A DNA stretch of 64,000 bases from assembly GCF_006345805.1 (NCBI RefSeq), contig NC_042998.1, positions 163,060,001 to 163,124,000 on the forward strand, written 5' to 3'. Origin of the DNA: Octopus sinensis. Taxonomy: Eukaryota. The notes below the pieces were generated by a model that saw nothing but the letters and a program-made list of their open reading frames with translations, ran no database searches and was not told the origin of the DNA. Both the position numbers and the translations under genes were made by a program. Shown here one piece after another: positions 62,723 through 64,000 of this stretch (position 1 is the first letter of the stretch; every line of letters begins with the position of its first letter).

Positions 62723-62997
62723 TGAGGAAAAAGAAGAAAATGGAGAAATTTATGTACAGACATCAGTTTATTCAATGATATTCAAATCAATATAATATAA
62801 AATTCTTATCCCTACAGCTGTTTCTATATCCAGTTGGTTCAATTAGAGAAATTAAATCAAATTAATTTAATTTTATTCTCTAATTGAACTAATTGGATAT
62901 GAAAATGGCTGTAGGGATAAGAATTTCATTTGATTTGAATATCTTTGAATAAACTGATGTCTATACATCAATTTCTCCATTTTCTTCTTTTTTCTCA
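62723..62997. mobile_element. Fold-back MITE with ~125-bp inverted arms next to (TA)n
   Basis: tgaggaaaaagaagaaaatggagaaatt... / ...aatttctccattttcttcttttttctca. Confidence 0.8.
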
Positions 62998-63192
62998 TTC
63001 ATAAATATTTTAAATACCAATATACATCAATGCAAGGCTAAAGTATTTAGCTTTCACTGAAAACTGGTATAAACCAGAGAACTAGGATGCAAACATCCCT
63101 TAAAGGATTGTAGGTCTTTGGCATGATTAAATCATATATATATCTTTATATATATATGTATTTATATATATGTATGTATGTATATATATATA

Positions 63193-63223
<31 letters not shown>

Positions 63224-63248
63224 GATATATATATATAATATATTTATG

Positions 63249-63281
<33 letters not shown>

Positions 63282-63350
63282 GATATATATATATATATGG
63301 AAAAATATTCAAGATAGAAAATACAAAAATAATTTTATAAAAAAACATTT

Positions 63351-63386
63351 CAGTACTGGTTTCAGTCATTGACACTTTTTCAACTG
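63351..63386 (-). ncRNA. Second U3-A8 hammerhead variant, in a ~150-bp island between (TA)n tracts
   Basis: CAG-UUGAAAA-AGU(GUCAAUG)ACU-GAA-ACCAGU-A-CUG. Confidence 0.6.
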
Positions 63387-63453
63387 TAACTATGGAAAAC
63401 ATTAAATTTTGGAAAAATTAAAAGAAAAGTTTTTTAAAAGAATATTTGCATAG

Positions 63454-63487
<34 letters not shown>

Positions 63488-64000
63488 ATATATATATATA
63501 TGTATGTAAGTATGTATGTATGTAGGTATGTATGTATGTATGTATGTATGTATGTATGTATGTATGTATGTATGTATGTATGTATATTTAAAAATAGACA
63601 GTGTTGATTTTTATGTATTGCGATATGAAAATGTTAAAAATCCTTGTGATATTAGAAATGTGTAAAGTTTATCATATATAAACAGGATTTGATAGTTGGA
63701 CATAAGCTTTTCATGCTATCCACTTTATTGGTGCCTGCACCCATTAACATAGAGCACAAGTGGGTACAGTCAATCATAAGGTCGATTGCACAAAACTTTT
63801 AGCACAAGATATGTAACCATGTTTAAGTTAATATAACCAACACATAAATACATGTGTGTGCCTGTGCATGCTTGTATGTGTGTGTGTGTGTATATGTACA
63901 TACATCTATCTATTTATTTATCTCTCTCTCTCTCCCTCTCTCTCTCTCTCTCACTCCTATATACATATACGTTTGTTTGTGTTGTTATACTTGAGGATGG

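Overview
AT-rich, microsatellite-saturated animal genomic DNA. The repeat landscape looks like a cephalopod (Octopus-like) intron or intergenic region; this is inferred, not verified. No host protein-coding gene is securely recognisable, and most predicted ORFs are translations of (TA)n/(CA)n/(TTA)n/(CAT)n tracts. Recognisable coding remnants are all transposon-derived: a near-complete Penelope-like element (PLE; RT + Cys linker + GIY-YIG, three lesions) at 405-4238, a second unrelated PLE RT at 39528-40215, four R4/Dong-type LINE pieces embedded in (TAA)n, CR1/Jockey-type 3' ends, a zinc-knuckle ORF1 relic and Tc1/mariner relics. Several tRNA-derived SINE and MITE families are present. The most notable signal is about a dozen type I hammerhead ribozyme (HHR) motifs of the PLE 'minimal, palindromic stem III' kind. 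They occur in the PLE terminus, in solo (TA)n-anchored termini, inside a tRNA-headed SINE, as two copies with a compensatory U3-A8 core, and as one fully intact ribozyme inside a near-perfect 219-bp fold-back.
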